64,000 bases of DNA from an uncultured delta proteobacterium (lineage in GTDB: Bacteria; Desulfobacterota; Desulfobacteria; Desulfobacterales; JAFDCJ01), in contig CAVYNY010000011.1 in assembly GCA_963769935.1 (NCBI GenBank), positions 160,001 through 224,000 on the forward strand, written 5' to 3'. Shown here one piece after another: positions 11,145-22,697 of the stretch (its first letter is position 1; each line of letters begins with the position of its first letter). The position numbers were made by a program, and so were the translations under genes. Under the pieces are notes generated by a model, which saw only the letters and a program-made list of their open reading frames with translations, made no database searches and was not told where the DNA came from.

Positions 11145-11283
11145 CCCCTTGGCTGCCGGAAGACACCGGCTTCTTCCGGATTGACCGTCGTTTCGAAATA
11201 GTATTCAAAGTTTTCTTCCGAATTTGACCAGCCGTTCCGCTCATAATCTTAGGAGACAAGAGGCAAATAATACTTGTTGGGGT

Positions 11284-11500
11284 TTATTTCCGGGTGGCCA
11301 AAACAATCCCCAGTGCGATCAGCCCGATGCCGGTGCCGTGATACCACCGCAAGGATTCTCCCAGAAATGCCATAGCCATAATACTGCCGAACACCGGCAT
11401 CAGGTGCAGAAACAATCCGGCCCGGTTGGCACCAACCAGTTCCGCACCACTGTTAAAGCAGATATACGATATAATCGATGGAAAAATGGCTACATAGGGG
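11284..11500 (-). pseudogene. C-terminal fragment of a DMT/EamA transporter
   Basis: YVAIFPSIISY...GANRAGLFLHLMPVFG...FLGE; N-terminus replaced by a RAYT remnant. Confidence 0.7.
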
Positions 11501-11620
11501 ACTCTCTTGCTGTCGAGGACGCGATGTTCAGCTTTTTCGATTGCCCGACCGCGCCCATCCATAGCTTTCCCGTCCCTCCCTATAGCTAACACGCTCAGAG
11601 CCTGTGTCGTTATTCATTTC
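11500..11620 (-). mobile_element. Degenerate RAYT C-terminal (HTH) remnant
   Basis: Alternative frame gives ..AVGQSKKLNIASSTARES, matching the 27.5 kb remnant ..AVSISKKLNIA. Confidence 0.45.
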
Positions 11621-11790
11621 TTTTCGCCGGTCAACATCTCCTGGAAAGTAAGACCGAATAAACCGATATGTTATGGAGGCTCTATGGCGCCTATACTGGT
11701 TTTTCGAGCCATGCCATCCAGTCATCAAATGATCCGGATTTTCAAATGGGTAAATCCCAGGAACGTCCCCGATTCCCCTGGACGGATTCG

Positions 11791-12144
11791 TTATCTGGTC
11801 ATAATATATGAAATTAATGTGCAGCTTGATATAAAAAATAAAAATATCATCCAGGAGACGATGCTGATATGTTTTTTTTCTCTGGTTGTAGGCATGAAGC
11901 CGGGGTTTTCATTCGTGCGCTTTTCTAATAATCTGGAAGACAGCAAAAAAACAGAAACGCCAATTATTCCCAAAATAAAATGCGGCAGTATATCTACTAA
12001 ATAAGATGGGTCTGGTTTTCTTGTGACAATAACAATCACACCCGTGAGACCTATAATTGCCATTGCACCTCCAACCAGTTTGCTAAGCGTGAAGGGCAGT
12101 TGCCTTATTTCAGTTTTGATTTGCTGTTTGATTTTTTTCATCAA
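11791..12144 (-). CDS. Small three-TM membrane protein
   Basis: Three hydrophobic segments; overlaps the upstream ORF stop. Confidence 0.6.
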   Translation of the reverse strand: MMKKIKQQIKTEIRQLPFTLSKLVGGAMAIIGLTGVIVIVTRKPDPSYLVDILPHFILGIIGVSVFLLSSRLLEKRTNENPGFMPTTREKKHISIVSWMIFLFFISSCTLISYIMTR

Positions 12145-12932
12145 TTATTGTTCTTAAATATAATTTTGTTTTTATGATTTTCGAACACGGACCATTTGTG
12201 CTTTTTAATATCATAAACTTTAAATTTTAAACCATCTTCATCAAGCCAAATATAATTATTTTTCCAGAGACGCTCACCATTTGTTTCCTTCTGCCATAAT
12301 ATATTGCCGGACCTATCCAGATAGGAAAAATGGATGTTGTGTTTTTTAAAATCGAAAGTGCTTATTAAGATAAAGTCGCCCGTTTTATTTATAAGGATAT
12401 CATCAATTTCTCCCAGACCGATATGCTTATCCCAGACGGCTGTTTGCGTGGGGGTGTGATAGAGGGTAATTTGTGAGGTATCCTTAAAACCATTTGCTGC
12501 AACGTAATAATTTCCGTTGCTGGAAATGCATGATTTTTCCAACCACCGCACCCCGTTTCCGCCTGAACCGAATTCGACTGTTTTTAACAGGTTGCCAGCG
12601 CCACTGTAAAAGGAAAGACTTTTATAGCCCCCTTCATCATACCAGCCCCAGTTTGCAAAAACAAAGAACTTACCATCATCGGAGATATCTACAAAGCCGG
12701 GAGTTGAAGAAAGTTCTTTTTCCCATACTATTTTATTGTTCTCTTTGAAGGTGCATTCAGACGGGCTACTATCAGGGTAGCCAATAATTTTCATATCGAT
12801 GGAGTAGATTTTATTGGCAGATGAGAATGTTCTAATCGTTCCCTGCTTTGGGGCAACAGCCTTTGCATAAATAATATTTTGTGAAATAAATGTAGCAATT
12901 AATATTAGAAGAATTTTTTTAATCATTTTCAT
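12141..12932 (-). CDS. Secreted beta-propeller-like protein
   Basis: Signal peptide; repeats ISDDG, ISSNG, INKTG and G.LLW; AT-rich. Confidence 0.65.
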   Translation of the reverse strand: MKMIKKILLILIATFISQNIIYAKAVAPKQGTIRTFSSANKIYSIDMKIIGYPDSSPSECTFKENNKIVWEKELSSTPGFVDISDDGKFFVFANWGWYDEGGYKSLSFYSGAGNLLKTVEFGSGGNGVRWLEKSCISSNGNYYVAANGFKDTSQITLYHTPTQTAVWDKHIGLGEIDDILINKTGDFILISTFDFKKHNIHFSYLDRSGNILWQKETNGERLWKNNYIWLDEDGLKFKVYDIKKHKWSVFENHKNKIIFKNNN

Positions 12933-12954
12933 TCCTTAGCTAATTTGTAAAAAC

Positions 12955-12996
12955 AAGGGTCACATCTTAAATACTGAATATTTCAGATGTGACCCT
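12955..12996. repeat. REPIN-like inverted repeat AAGGGTCACATCT...AGATGTGACCCTT
   Basis: 13-bp arms around a short AT-rich spacer; related pair at about 19399-19460. Confidence 0.6.
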
Positions 12997-13150
12997 TTTC
13001 TTTTCAGTAGCGTAAGTCAGCAATGCATATCGACGGAATGGCCCTATGCGCATGGGACGCAATTTGCGGCGCTCTAAACCTTCAGCCAGTCTGGCAGTAG
13101 CGTATGCTGTGTCCCGCAGCTTGCCCACAGCCTCAGTATTTCAACTGGCT

Positions 13151-16100
13151 TTATCGGCATGGTTCCTTGGTTTCGCCGGGATTCAGGCCCAGGCGTATTT
13201 CACGCTCGTGAATTTGAGCGAGCACATCGCGCTGATGCCGGCTGATTTTGCCGACCGCGACCAGGAAAGCATCACTATTTCGATTGAGTTGCGCCAACCT
13301 TTGCCATGCAAGGACCTCAGCCGTTACATCGTAGGCCGATGTCACCAGATCACTCGCTGCCTCCTGGAACGCTATCACGCGCGCGAGACCCCAGCGCTTG
13401 GAGAGGTAATCCTTGATCTTACCTTCAATACCTATAATCGCGACAATTTGTCCGATACCTTCTATGATCTCATCGCGGCTATAGTCCTCGTGGGCTGCCC
13501 AAGCGGAGAAATCCTTTAGTCGATAGGCTTCCTTGAGATGCTGCACCATCTTGAGGGCGTGTATGACCTTTACCCTCTCGGCCGGGTCGGTAAGCGTATC
13601 GAGGCGTTCCTGCAGTTTTCCTTCCGGGAAGTCTAATGAGAAATCGGCAAGCTTCTCCTTGGCGCGATTCAATGCACTATTATAAGCGTCATCAACAGTT
13701 GTTTCCCATTCCCCACGTTGGGCCTGATCGGCCTGAATGGTGGCGTTGAACCGGCGCAGCTGCGACTGAATTCGGCAAAGATCCTGGCGAAGATCCGTTA
13801 CCTCGCCGCGGATCTTGTCTTTTTCGACGGCTGTAGCTGTCGCCATTTCATCTTTCTGCGGCACCTTGGAAAGCATCACGGCCTGTTTTTCAGGCGCAGG
13901 CTGTGCAAATTGTGAAGATAGTGAACCCCAGTCGCCGCTGCGTAACAATTTGACCCATGTGTGAACTTGCTCGGGGGCTGGTGAGGGGGCTGCCATAATT
14001 GTTTTGATGTGTTGCAACTGTTGGGTTGCCTGGGCTTTTTGCTGTGCATCACTGGAGTGCGCCAAGGTATCCACCGCCTGCTTTGCCTGCTGCAATGTCT
14101 CTGTTTGCAGCTCAACCTGAAATACAGGTTCCGGCGGTGATGCTTCGGGAATTTTCCCTAAGGCCGGATTGCCGGTGAAGTCATAATCTCCTGTCATGGC
14201 ACGGGCGCTCTGGTCGGCAAGTGACCTGGCCGTTTCAAGGTCACCCTGCAACGCGGCATCAACCGCCGCTTGTCCCAGAGCCGCGCTTCCGGCCAGTTGC
14301 CCTAAGGCGGTTCTGCCTAATGCAGAATCTTCTCCGGCCTGTACCCAATTGCTTCCAACATCCTGACCGAAATCGACACCGCCGCTGGCAGCAAGTCCAA
14401 TGAAAGTTCTGCTGTTACCGGAAAAGAAGTGGGCTGTCCAGAAGCCCCGCTTGAATTTGTCCGGCAAGGCCATTGAGGGCTCAGGCGGCTCCGGGGGCTG
14501 AAGTCTGATGCCCTGAGCATTCGCCCAGTTGACAAATGCCAGCACCTTTGCAGCCTCTCTCAGTCGATGCAGCACCGGAAGTGCCTTAGCATAACTATCA
14601 TAGTTGCGCGTGATCATTTTCCCGTAATCGTCAAGACCACTTTGGAGCATCGTTGCCATGGCCGGAGGACCGCCATGACGAGCGAGCAGTTCGGCATTTA
14701 TCGAAACTTTCGGCGTCTGAAACGCCAAAATGCGTTTGCTGGGATCATACGCCAATGGAGCCGATTCAGGTTTTAACCAGAGTCGGAATTCGATGCCGCC
14801 GGTGTCGTATTGCCCTGATGCTGTTTCGCGCTGAAAGAGGAACTGGTGTGGGGTGAGGTGTCCCGGCACTTGTTTGGCTAATTCAGGTCGCCCGGTCAAG
14901 GTTTTGAGATCCCAGTCAGCCTCAAGAAAAGTGCGCGCCAGTTCGGAGTCGGGAGAGAGTCCTTCAAGATAGACAGGCTCTGTTTCCACCATCGGCATGT
15001 GGTACATGCGACGCAGGAACTGCTCGGAAAATACCAGGCCGTTGAGCCAAGGTTCCACGAGCCGTTCGCGCAGCAGGTCTGCATTGATTTCATTGACCAG
15101 TTTTTTGAAAGCCGACTGGTTGAAAGTGGCTTCGGCACGTGCAGCAGCGTTCTGCCATCTCGATCCCGGGACACCCATTCTCTGAAAATTGTTCTTCCAG
15201 AGTCCTATCTCGAACAGACACTCTCCCTGAGCAGTGGTCAAAGCACCGGATTGGACTTTGGCTCGCAACTCTTGTCGCAGCGGCTCCAGTCCCAGCCATT
15301 CAATAGCCCCCATAAAAGCATCCGGATCAACATCTTTTCTGGCGGCAGCTTTCAGGAACACGGCAAACTGGAGGTTCCCTGAACTCTCATAGAACTTTGA
15401 CATGAAATTGATAAAGGCGGGAGAGCCCTGGGGAGCGCGGCCCAGCAGCGCTTGTGTCATTTCCGGCATTTCTGCTGGGGTAACTTTCAGCATGTCGGCA
15501 CCTTTTTGCAAAAAACGTTGCCTGTCATCACCAAGGGTCGGATCAGACAAGAGCAAGTCGATTATGCCCGTCAGCCATGCCTTGCCTGCATCGACTGAAG
15601 CCAGATTCCTCTCCATCTGTTGGTCAAGGTTAGCCACAAAGCGTAATGTCGCTTCTTTGCTTTCGGGGGTTGGCTCAAGGCTGAAAGATGGTGCCGGACT
15701 TTGCAGGGTATCGTTCAGCAAAGCCGAGTAGTCAATTGCGCCCGTGGCGTATGCGGCATCGTAGGTGCCGACAAACACCAATTGGCCTGTCGCCGGGTCA
15801 AGATAAATACGCTTCAGATCATTGATCCCGGCTGTTTTGTGGTCTCGTGGCGGTAGTCCGGGAATTTCGAATGGATCGCTGATTGAGGCACTGACCATAT
15901 CGGCCCGTGCCATCTTGCTCAAAATCTCCTGTCGCCGTCTGGACCGTCGCGATGATAGACCTGCGGCATTCGCTTTCCCCACTCTTCCATCCGTCTGTGA
16001 TGGGGGAACCTGAATTTCATTGGAACTCCTTCCGTGTTGCACTTTCAAGACAAGCGGCTGGTAGGGTGATCGCGATGCAATTTGCTCACTAAACCATTCT

Positions 16101-16384
16101 GCCGAAGCAACCGGTTGACCATTAAGTTGTGTGATTGTGACGCCTGGACGAATTCCAATTTTCTGGGCCAGCGAACCGGCTGCGACAGACATTACATAAA
16201 CACCGCTGGCATGATCCGCAACTTGGATGCCCAAGGGTGGGGGGTGAGGTGTTGTAGCGCTTTTCCTGTAGGTGCCATTTGCAGCCCTGTCACTCCCTGG
16301 CATATTGGGCGCTGCGCAAGATGCCAGAAGGGCCAACAGACTAATCGTCACACAGCCTTTGAAAATGGAATACATAATTTTCAT
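13151..16384 (-). CDS. Large lipoprotein: PDZ + DUF1598-like core + coiled coil
   Basis: Lipobox LLASC; PDZ (LGIQV, GSLAQKIGIRPG, LNGQPV); YLDPATGQLVFVG; SELARTFLEADWDLK. Confidence 0.65.
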   Translation of the reverse strand: MKIMYSIFKGCVTISLLALLASCAAPNMPGSDRAANGTYRKSATTPHPPPLGIQVADHASGVYVMSVAAGSLAQKIGIRPGVTITQLNGQPVASAEWFSEQIASRSPYQPLVLKVQHGRSSNEIQVPPSQTDGRVGKANAAGLSSRRSRRRQEILSKMARADMVSASISDPFEIPGLPPRDHKTAGINDLKRIYLDPATGQLVFVGTYDAAYATGAIDYSALLNDTLQSPAPSFSLEPTPESKEATLRFVANLDQQMERNLASVDAGKAWLTGIIDLLLSDPTLGDDRQRFLQKGADMLKVTPAEMPEMTQALLGRAPQGSPAFINFMSKFYESSGNLQFAVFLKAAARKDVDPDAFMGAIEWLGLEPLRQELRAKVQSGALTTAQGECLFEIGLWKNNFQRMGVPGSRWQNAAARAEATFNQSAFKKLVNEINADLLRERLVEPWLNGLVFSEQFLRRMYHMPMVETEPVYLEGLSPDSELARTFLEADWDLKTLTGRPELAKQVPGHLTPHQFLFQRETASGQYDTGGIEFRLWLKPESAPLAYDPSKRILAFQTPKVSINAELLARHGGPPAMATMLQSGLDDYGKMITRNYDSYAKALPVLHRLREAAKVLAFVNWANAQGIRLQPPEPPEPSMALPDKFKRGFWTAHFFSGNSRTFIGLAASGGVDFGQDVGSNWVQAGEDSALGRTALGQLAGSAALGQAAVDAALQGDLETARSLADQSARAMTGDYDFTGNPALGKIPEASPPEPVFQVELQTETLQQAKQAVDTLAHSSDAQQKAQATQQLQHIKTIMAAPSPAPEQVHTWVKLLRSGDWGSLSSQFAQPAPEKQAVMLSKVPQKDEMATATAVEKDKIRGEVTDLRQDLCRIQSQLRRFNATIQADQAQRGEWETTVDDAYNSALNRAKEKLADFSLDFPEGKLQERLDTLTDPAERVKVIHALKMVQHLKEAYRLKDFSAWAAHEDYSRDEIIEGIGQIVAIIGIEGKIKDYLSKRWGLARVIAFQEAASDLVTSAYDVTAEVLAWQRLAQLNRNSDAFLVAVGKISRHQRDVLAQIHEREIRLGLNPGETKEPCR

Positions 16385-16859
16385 GAGGTTCTCTTCCTTC
16401 GACGTTTGCAACGGACAGAATTAATCATAGCGGCTTCATCCTAAGTGTTCTTCATCGCAATAAAGCCCAAATAATAGGTAAGATAAATTTCTTTAGCGTT
16501 TCAGTATATTGGTTGGATTTTAATTAAGTATCGGCACTAATTGAAAAGAAATTAGGATTTTGAAAACAAATATTTTAAAACCTCAACGTAAAGAGATTAT
16601 AGCGGGATTATTCTGAGGCACAATGCGTCCATTGTTTGGGCGATCTGAAAGGGAGCAGGAAAAAAAGCCTTGTTCAATCTCAAGCATTATGGTCTTGCGC
16701 CGATATATAGAATGCACGATTGGACTTGTCTCAAGTGCAGATTGGTCTTGACTCACCATAAAGACAAGCCGCTCTGTATTGTTTGTAAAGCGCGTGGTCG
16801 GGTAATTGAAAGGGGTGCGGTTTTGTGTAGGTTTATGAGGAATTATGGGGTTATCAAAG

Positions 16860-18520
16860 CTTGACAAGAGAGTTGTCACCTGAGCCATAACTCAGGCCGC
16901 CTTTTTTAAGCTGTGCATCTGGCTGATTTCGTCCTTTTTTTCAGGGTTCAAACAAACCCGATACACAGGATTCCAATTGCGTATTTGTTTTGACCACCGA
17001 TTCGGATTTCGACTTCGGGCTTTTTCATACACTTTGCGTCGATTGTCGAGAATGTGCTCTTCACGGCCATAATGGCGATCATCGGGCGTAACAAAACGAA
17101 TCGAACTGTGCAGATGCTGTGTATTGTACCAGAAGACAAATCCATCGACCCATGACTGGGCCTGGTCAATGCTTTCAAATGGTTTTGACGGATATTCGGG
17201 CCGATACTTCATGGTTCGAAAAAGCGATTCAGAATAAGGATTGTCATTGCTGACGCTGGGCCGTGAGAACGAAGCAATAACGCCCAGTTTGTGTAAAGTC
17301 GCCAGCATGGTGGCACCTTTCATCGGGCCGCCGTTATCGGAATGAAGCACAAGTTCTTCAGGCTGCACACCGTGGATCATGCACGCATGGGCCAATAGCA
17401 TCGCGCTGTGATCCATGGATTCTTCAGCAAAGACCTGGGCGGCGATGATCTTGCGGCTCCAGACATCGACAATCATGTAAAGATAGAAAAATAGGCCCTT
17501 AACGGAAGTCTTCAGATACGTGATGTCCCAACTCCACACCTGGCAGGGACCGGTGGCCACATGCTGCTTTGGACGGTGACAGACAGCGGGTTTTGAAGCC
17601 TGCCGATGGGCCAGCATCTTATGCTCTTTGAGAACCCGGTAAAAAGTCGATTCAGAGGCCAGATAAACACCCTGATCCGCAAGTTTGGGTACGATCTGCT
17701 TGGGCGAAAGATCCCGGAACGTCGCACTGTTGGATATATCCAGTATCTGTTGCCGCTCCTGTTCGCTGAGCTTGTTTGCAGGTGCTGTCAAAGGTCCCTT
17801 GCGCTGATCTTGGCCGCCGCTTTGTTGGCGCCACCGGATGATCGTACGGGCACTGATTCCCATTATGGCTGCGGCTTTCTTCAGGCGGGCACCGGATTCA
17901 ACGGCCATATCGATAAGATTGATGATCATTTTCCGTTGCTCCCGGCTGTGGGATCGTCCTCGTCCCCCCAGATCTCCTGGACTTTTTTTTTCAGGACCAA
18001 CAGCGCTGCGGTCTCTGCCAAGGCCTTGTCCTTTCGGCTCAGTTCCTTTTCCAGAGCAGCGGATGCGTTTGGCATCATCAGATTTATTCTGATTGGCTTT
18101 CTTTTTAGAAAAGCCGTTTTGGAGGCCATCGAGCATCTGTAAACGCCACTGTTCAAGATGGCTTTGATGCAGGCCCTTTTTGCGCAAAAATGCGCCGAGC
18201 TGTTCCTCATTGAGGGAGGCAGCTTCCATGACGAGCTTCAGTTTATCTTCGGCGCTCCAATCGTTAGGGCGTTTGGGATCTTTTATTTTCAGCCATTTTT
18301 GTATATTCGTTTGCATTGTTAGGAAAACCATACGATGAACCGATGCCAGCCATGCGCAGCCATTTGGAAAGCGTCGATTGGGGGACGTCGACCTGTTTAG
18401 ACAACGCCGAAGCAGATAGCGCACCTGGGCCGGTCATTTTTTGTATCATCGCATTTTTGAACATATCAGAATACTGCATGTCAACCTCCTCCGCCCCCAA
18501 AATTAAATTTCGCGGAGAAA
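16860..18520 (-). mobile_element. IS3-family element with frameshifted orfA and DDE orfB; ends approximate
   Basis: orfA: MQYSDMFK...RKDKALAETAALLVLKKK. A9G slippery run at 17982-17991. orfB: WSWDITY, HSDNG, NDNPYSESLFRTMK. Confidence 0.88.
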
Positions 18521-18532
18521 TATTGGGTTGCC

Positions 18533-18570
18533 GCCGATGGGGAAGCCCCCCGGGGGGCTTCCCCATCGGC
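18533..18570. repeat. Perfect 38-bp spacerless palindrome
   Basis: GCCGATGGGGAAGCCCCCC|GGGGGGCTTCCCCATCGGC. Confidence 0.95.
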
Positions 18571-18699
18571 GATCAGATCGGTCAGAGGTATAGTGAATTA
18601 AGCATTTGAAATTTTGTTTCATATTCACAATTCAAGCTTCGTTTAATCTTATTTATCAAAATCTAATAAAACATCTGTTGCTTGCTTTGCCCATGCTGA

Positions 18700-19332
18700 T
18701 CATTTCTCCATTGCAATCACTCTAGCCGGCGCACCATCTCCTCCTTTTATCTTCAATGGCAAAGCGATCAATTTCACTTTTCCCTTTGAAACTGAATCCA
18801 GGTTTGTTAATCCTTCCACAATGATGATATCACCACCTAACAAAATTTCATGGATTTTTGTCACCTCTTCCATATCCATCACATCGGCTATAGAAGGTGT
18901 TTCCACAGCTAACATGTTGATGCCTTTGCCTACAAACCAATTGGCCAGACTTTCATGAATTCCGGGCAATTCTTCGCGATATTTATTCTCACTGACATAT
19001 GCAGACCAACCTGTTTTAAGAATTACGCCATCACCCCTATTGATAAGATCTGCATATACGCCCAAGTCCTCCAACTTTATTTTCTGTTTGGCGTGTGCAT
19101 CAATGGGAATTACCCATGAATCACAAATAAATCTGCTTACTTCATATTCGTCTATTGTCTGGTTATTAACCTCAAAATGAAAAGGCGCATCCATATGCGT
19201 ACCTGCATGGGAATACAAATGAAGGGTTTTCGAATTCCATCCATCAACTGATTTGGATTTGGCGTTTTCAAATGCTACTCCACGCATGCCTTCCTCGTAA
19301 GTTAGTGTGACGTCTATAATTTTCATGATCAA
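18700..19332 (-). CDS. Cyclase family (kynurenine formamidase-like) protein
   Basis: HAGTHMDAPFH, IIVEGL, ALPLKI.GGDGAPARV. Confidence 0.92.
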   Translation of the reverse strand: MIMKIIDVTLTYEEGMRGVAFENAKSKSVDGWNSKTLHLYSHAGTHMDAPFHFEVNNQTIDEYEVSRFICDSWVIPIDAHAKQKIKLEDLGVYADLINRGDGVILKTGWSAYVSENKYREELPGIHESLANWFVGKGINMLAVETPSIADVMDMEEVTKIHEILLGGDIIIVEGLTNLDSVSKGKVKLIALPLKIKGGDGAPARVIAMEK

Positions 19333-19444
19333 CTCCAGTATTTCGGTCTAAATCAATCAATTTTCATACAAAAACTGTCTGATTAAGCAAAGGATACCAG
19401 GGGCAAATCTTAAATATTAAATTTTCGAAATCAACGATTAATAT

Positions 19445-19815
19445 TTGAGCTGTGACCCTCTTCTTTTCCCCACAGCAAGAGGTGATTGGGGATCAAAGCC
19501 CATGCAAAACAATCGGTGTGCGTCTCAGTCAACACCTGTCCCCGTCGCGTTCAAAGGAACCACGGTCTTCATCGTCTCAAAAGATTTTCCGGCGTTCGAT
19601 TCCGCGAACTATGATATGATGCCGCGCACCGGCAGCATGCGTCTTCGCTAAAGCTACGCCGGCACAGGTCAGTTCTGGCTTTTCGTGGCATGTCTTTTCA
19701 ATCAGCCGCAAAACTCTCTTTTGCCAATCATTATATCAATACCCGTCTCCAATATCCCGTCATTATTTTTATTTCTCTGTGAACCAATATTCCAATGGAC
19801 GTCCCCTAAGTTCCC
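19445..19815 (-). mobile_element. RAYT family-A 5' remnant with a REP-like insert
   Basis: ATG at 19691: MPRKART[insert]..GARHHIIVRGIERRKIF...CFAWALIPNH; CGTCCCC-type end. Confidence 0.75.
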
Positions 19816-19878
19816 TGTAGGCAGGTGAAACGAACAACACCAGCCCCAGAATTAGCAACCCCTGAAACCATGCGGCCT

Positions 19879-22478
19879 TCATGGCTTTCTCTTCAGAGTT
19901 CTCGAACCCCGGCGCTGCAGCTTGATCCCGGCGGAGCCATGCCCGGCACCCAGGGAAAACGGCAGACTCGGTTCGAAGCCCGTGGTAAAATCCAGATTGG
20001 CGGTATCCTGGGAAATGTGGATCGAGACGGGTTGATCCACCGTCAAATAGGCCCCGAAGGCTTCGCCGGCATCGCCGATCAATCCATCGTTGTTGGAGTC
20101 GCTGCCGGCAAAGATTTTGTACGTGCCGACGGCCACGCCTGTAAAGCGGTAGTCATAACCCGTGCCGTTGAAGGCCACGTCATCCTGTCCTTTGACCGCC
20201 AAGGTATCCGGATCCACCAACAGCACATAATGAAAGCCGGCGTTGCCCCCCACAACCGGGCCGACCACTTGCAGATTCACCGGGACGGTCAGCGCATCCA
20301 CGTTGGGTTCCACCGCCTGCACCGTGATCGCAGCGCTGTATGCGCCAAACGGCAATCTAGCCACGTCGATCGAGACGGTGTAGGTCCCCAGTTTGTTCGC
20401 ATCCACTACATCTTCAGCAACGCTCAGCCACGGAGCATCCGACGCATCCGACATAACGGAGTCGATGGTCAGCGGTTCTTCTCCGCCGTTTGAGATGGTC
20501 AACGTCGCGGTTCTGGATCCCGTGGCGATCAGGTTCAATGCCGCCGGCTGCGCCAGGATGATGGGCGGCAAAGCGGCTCCGGCCGCCAGCCGCTGGCCTT
20601 CTGCAACCGCCGCCAGGGCATCGATCAGCCCGTTGCCGTAGAAGTCGTCGCGACCGGCCGTCCCGAGGTCTGCGGTGATCAGTCCGCCGGACAGCAGGAT
20701 GTCAAATTCATCCGGGGTCAAGGCCGGATAGACCGCTTTCAACAAGGCCGCCACACCGGCCACGTGGGGCGCCGCCATGGAAGTCCCCTGCAGAAAGCAG
20801 TAGACGAAGCGAATCGCCCCGGAGCTGTCGTCCCCGCAAGTGCTCAGCACACCGTCCGGAAAACCGTCGGCGTTGAGATCCCGGCTGCTGTCGCCGCCCG
20901 GTGCGGCCACGTCGATGGCCGGCCCGAAGTTGGAGTACCAGGTGATTTCACTGTCCAGGTCCACCGCGCTGACCGCAACGACTCCCGCATATCCGGCCGG
21001 ATAGGTCGGGATGTCCGTGGACTGGTTGCCGGCCGCCGCAACAATGATGGACGCCCTTCTCCGAACCTGGGTATAAACATCTTGCTCAGTCTGGGAAAAC
21101 CGCCGCCGCCCAGGCTGAGGTTGATAATGTCGGCTTTTTGCCCGGGCTTCGTACCGGAATCATTGTCCAGGCCGGCCGCGTACCGGACCGCCTGCAGGAT
21201 GTCGTACACGGTGCCCGCACCGCCGCGTCCCAGGGCGCGTACCGGCATGAGTTTGGTTTGCCAGGTCACACCGGCAACCCCGTTGGCGTTATTGGTAGCG
21301 GCGGCGATCGTGCCGGCCACGTGGGTTCCGTGAAATGTACTGCCGCCCGGGCTCTGGTCCCCCGGATCATCGGGATTATCATCGATTCCGTTGCCGTCCA
21401 GCGCCATGAGCGGATCTCTGATAAAGTCATACCCGGACACCAACCGGCCCGCAAGATCCGGGTGATTCAGCAGAACACCGGTGTCGACCACGGCCACAAT
21501 GACCGCGTCGTCTCCGATCGTCACTTCCCAGGCCTGGGGCAGATTGATGAGCGGATAGTTCCACTGCCTGCCGTACTGCGCGTCGTCGGGGACCACAAAG
21601 GCCCTGCGGATGTAGTTGGGCTCGGCATAGCGGACATCCGTGCGTTTGCGCAAAGCCCGCACGATCCGCAAGGTATCCAGTTTGTCGGGCATCTCCGGGT
21701 CGGCAAATTGCACGTTCGTGTCGCCGGCAGTCACACCGAGCGCCCGCAAAACCGTTTGTTTTTCGTTGTCGCCCGGGTATCTCAGCAGCACTTCGCGCCC
21801 GGCAGCGCCCGCCGAGACATCCATCCCCAAGGCGGAGGCCACGGCGGCAGCGCCCTGCGCATCGGCAAAGCGAACAATCGCCTCGTGCGGCACGAACTCG
21901 TCGCTGAGCCGCAGGCAGGTTCCGGCAGCCGACACCGAGCTAATGCCGATGGTCAGGTTGTAGTTGGATGCCGAGTCCACCGCCCTGACCTCGATGAAGT
22001 ACCGCCCATCTGCGGGCACGGTCAGCGACTCCACTGCCGCCGGTCCAATCGCTGCGTCCACCATCGTCTGGTGGTCATCGTATAGCACCAAGTCCAGCCC
22101 GGCGCTCTGCTCGGCCACGAACAGTGCGATGGTCTCGCCCTGGGTTAAATCTGCCACAAAAAAATCCAAGGGGTCGCCGCTCGCAAAAGATCGCCCTCCG
22201 TAACCCTTACCGGCGGTGTTGACGTATCCGCCCACGATTGCGGGGTTGGGAAGCGACTGGGCCTCTCCAAAGTCATTGTTGGGAATGTCCGGGGCAGATG
22301 GATCGTTGACATCGCTGTCGATCACGGCACTGTCTACGGCCTGAATCCGCCCGCTGACCGTGTAGGTGGGCGGCGGTGAAGACGAACCGCCGCCGCCACC
22401 GCAGCCGGCAACAATGGCCCACAACAGAAAAATTCCCAGGGTGACAAACCCCGCCGTTGTTGTTCTGGATGCGCTCAT
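19879..22478 (-). pseudogene. S8 (subtilase) lipoprotein peptidase with PPC and Ig-like domains, frameshifted near 21097
   Basis: AGCGGGGGSS lipobox, VVDTG, HGTHVAG, then AAAGN and GTSMAAPHVAG in another frame; one base missing in a T run. Confidence 0.85.
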
Positions 22479-22494
22479 ATTGGATATCTCCTTA

Positions 22495-22650
22495 GGGTTC
22501 ACGAAAAAATAAGTTCACAATTTTAGGCGGCGCGGCGCCCGGCCGGCAAGGCGCGAAAACGCAGGAATATCTGGATATTCCGAGCTTTCGCAACGCAGCC
22601 AGACGGGATGCAGCGGCGTATAAAATGTGAAGTTATTTTTGAGTGAGCCC
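22495..22650. mobile_element. 156-bp MITE with about 30-bp TIRs and a TTA target duplication
   Basis: GGGTTCACGAAAAAATAAGTTCACAATTTTA vs reverse complement GGGCTCACTCAAAAATAACTTCACATTTTA; TTA on both flanks. Confidence 0.85.
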
Positions 22651-22697
22651 TTAGCCGGGACAAACTCGAAAGTGCCGCTGTCGGCTTCATCCAAACC

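Noticed and set aside
11520..11570. MDGRGRA motif suggesting an IS3 integrase remnant
   Set aside because: Another frame matches the RAYT C-terminal remnant at 27.5 kb better.
16583..16888. Small Cys-rich ORF 16670-16864 and its antisense ORF
   Set aside because: Short, no RBS or recognisable family, and abuts the IS end.
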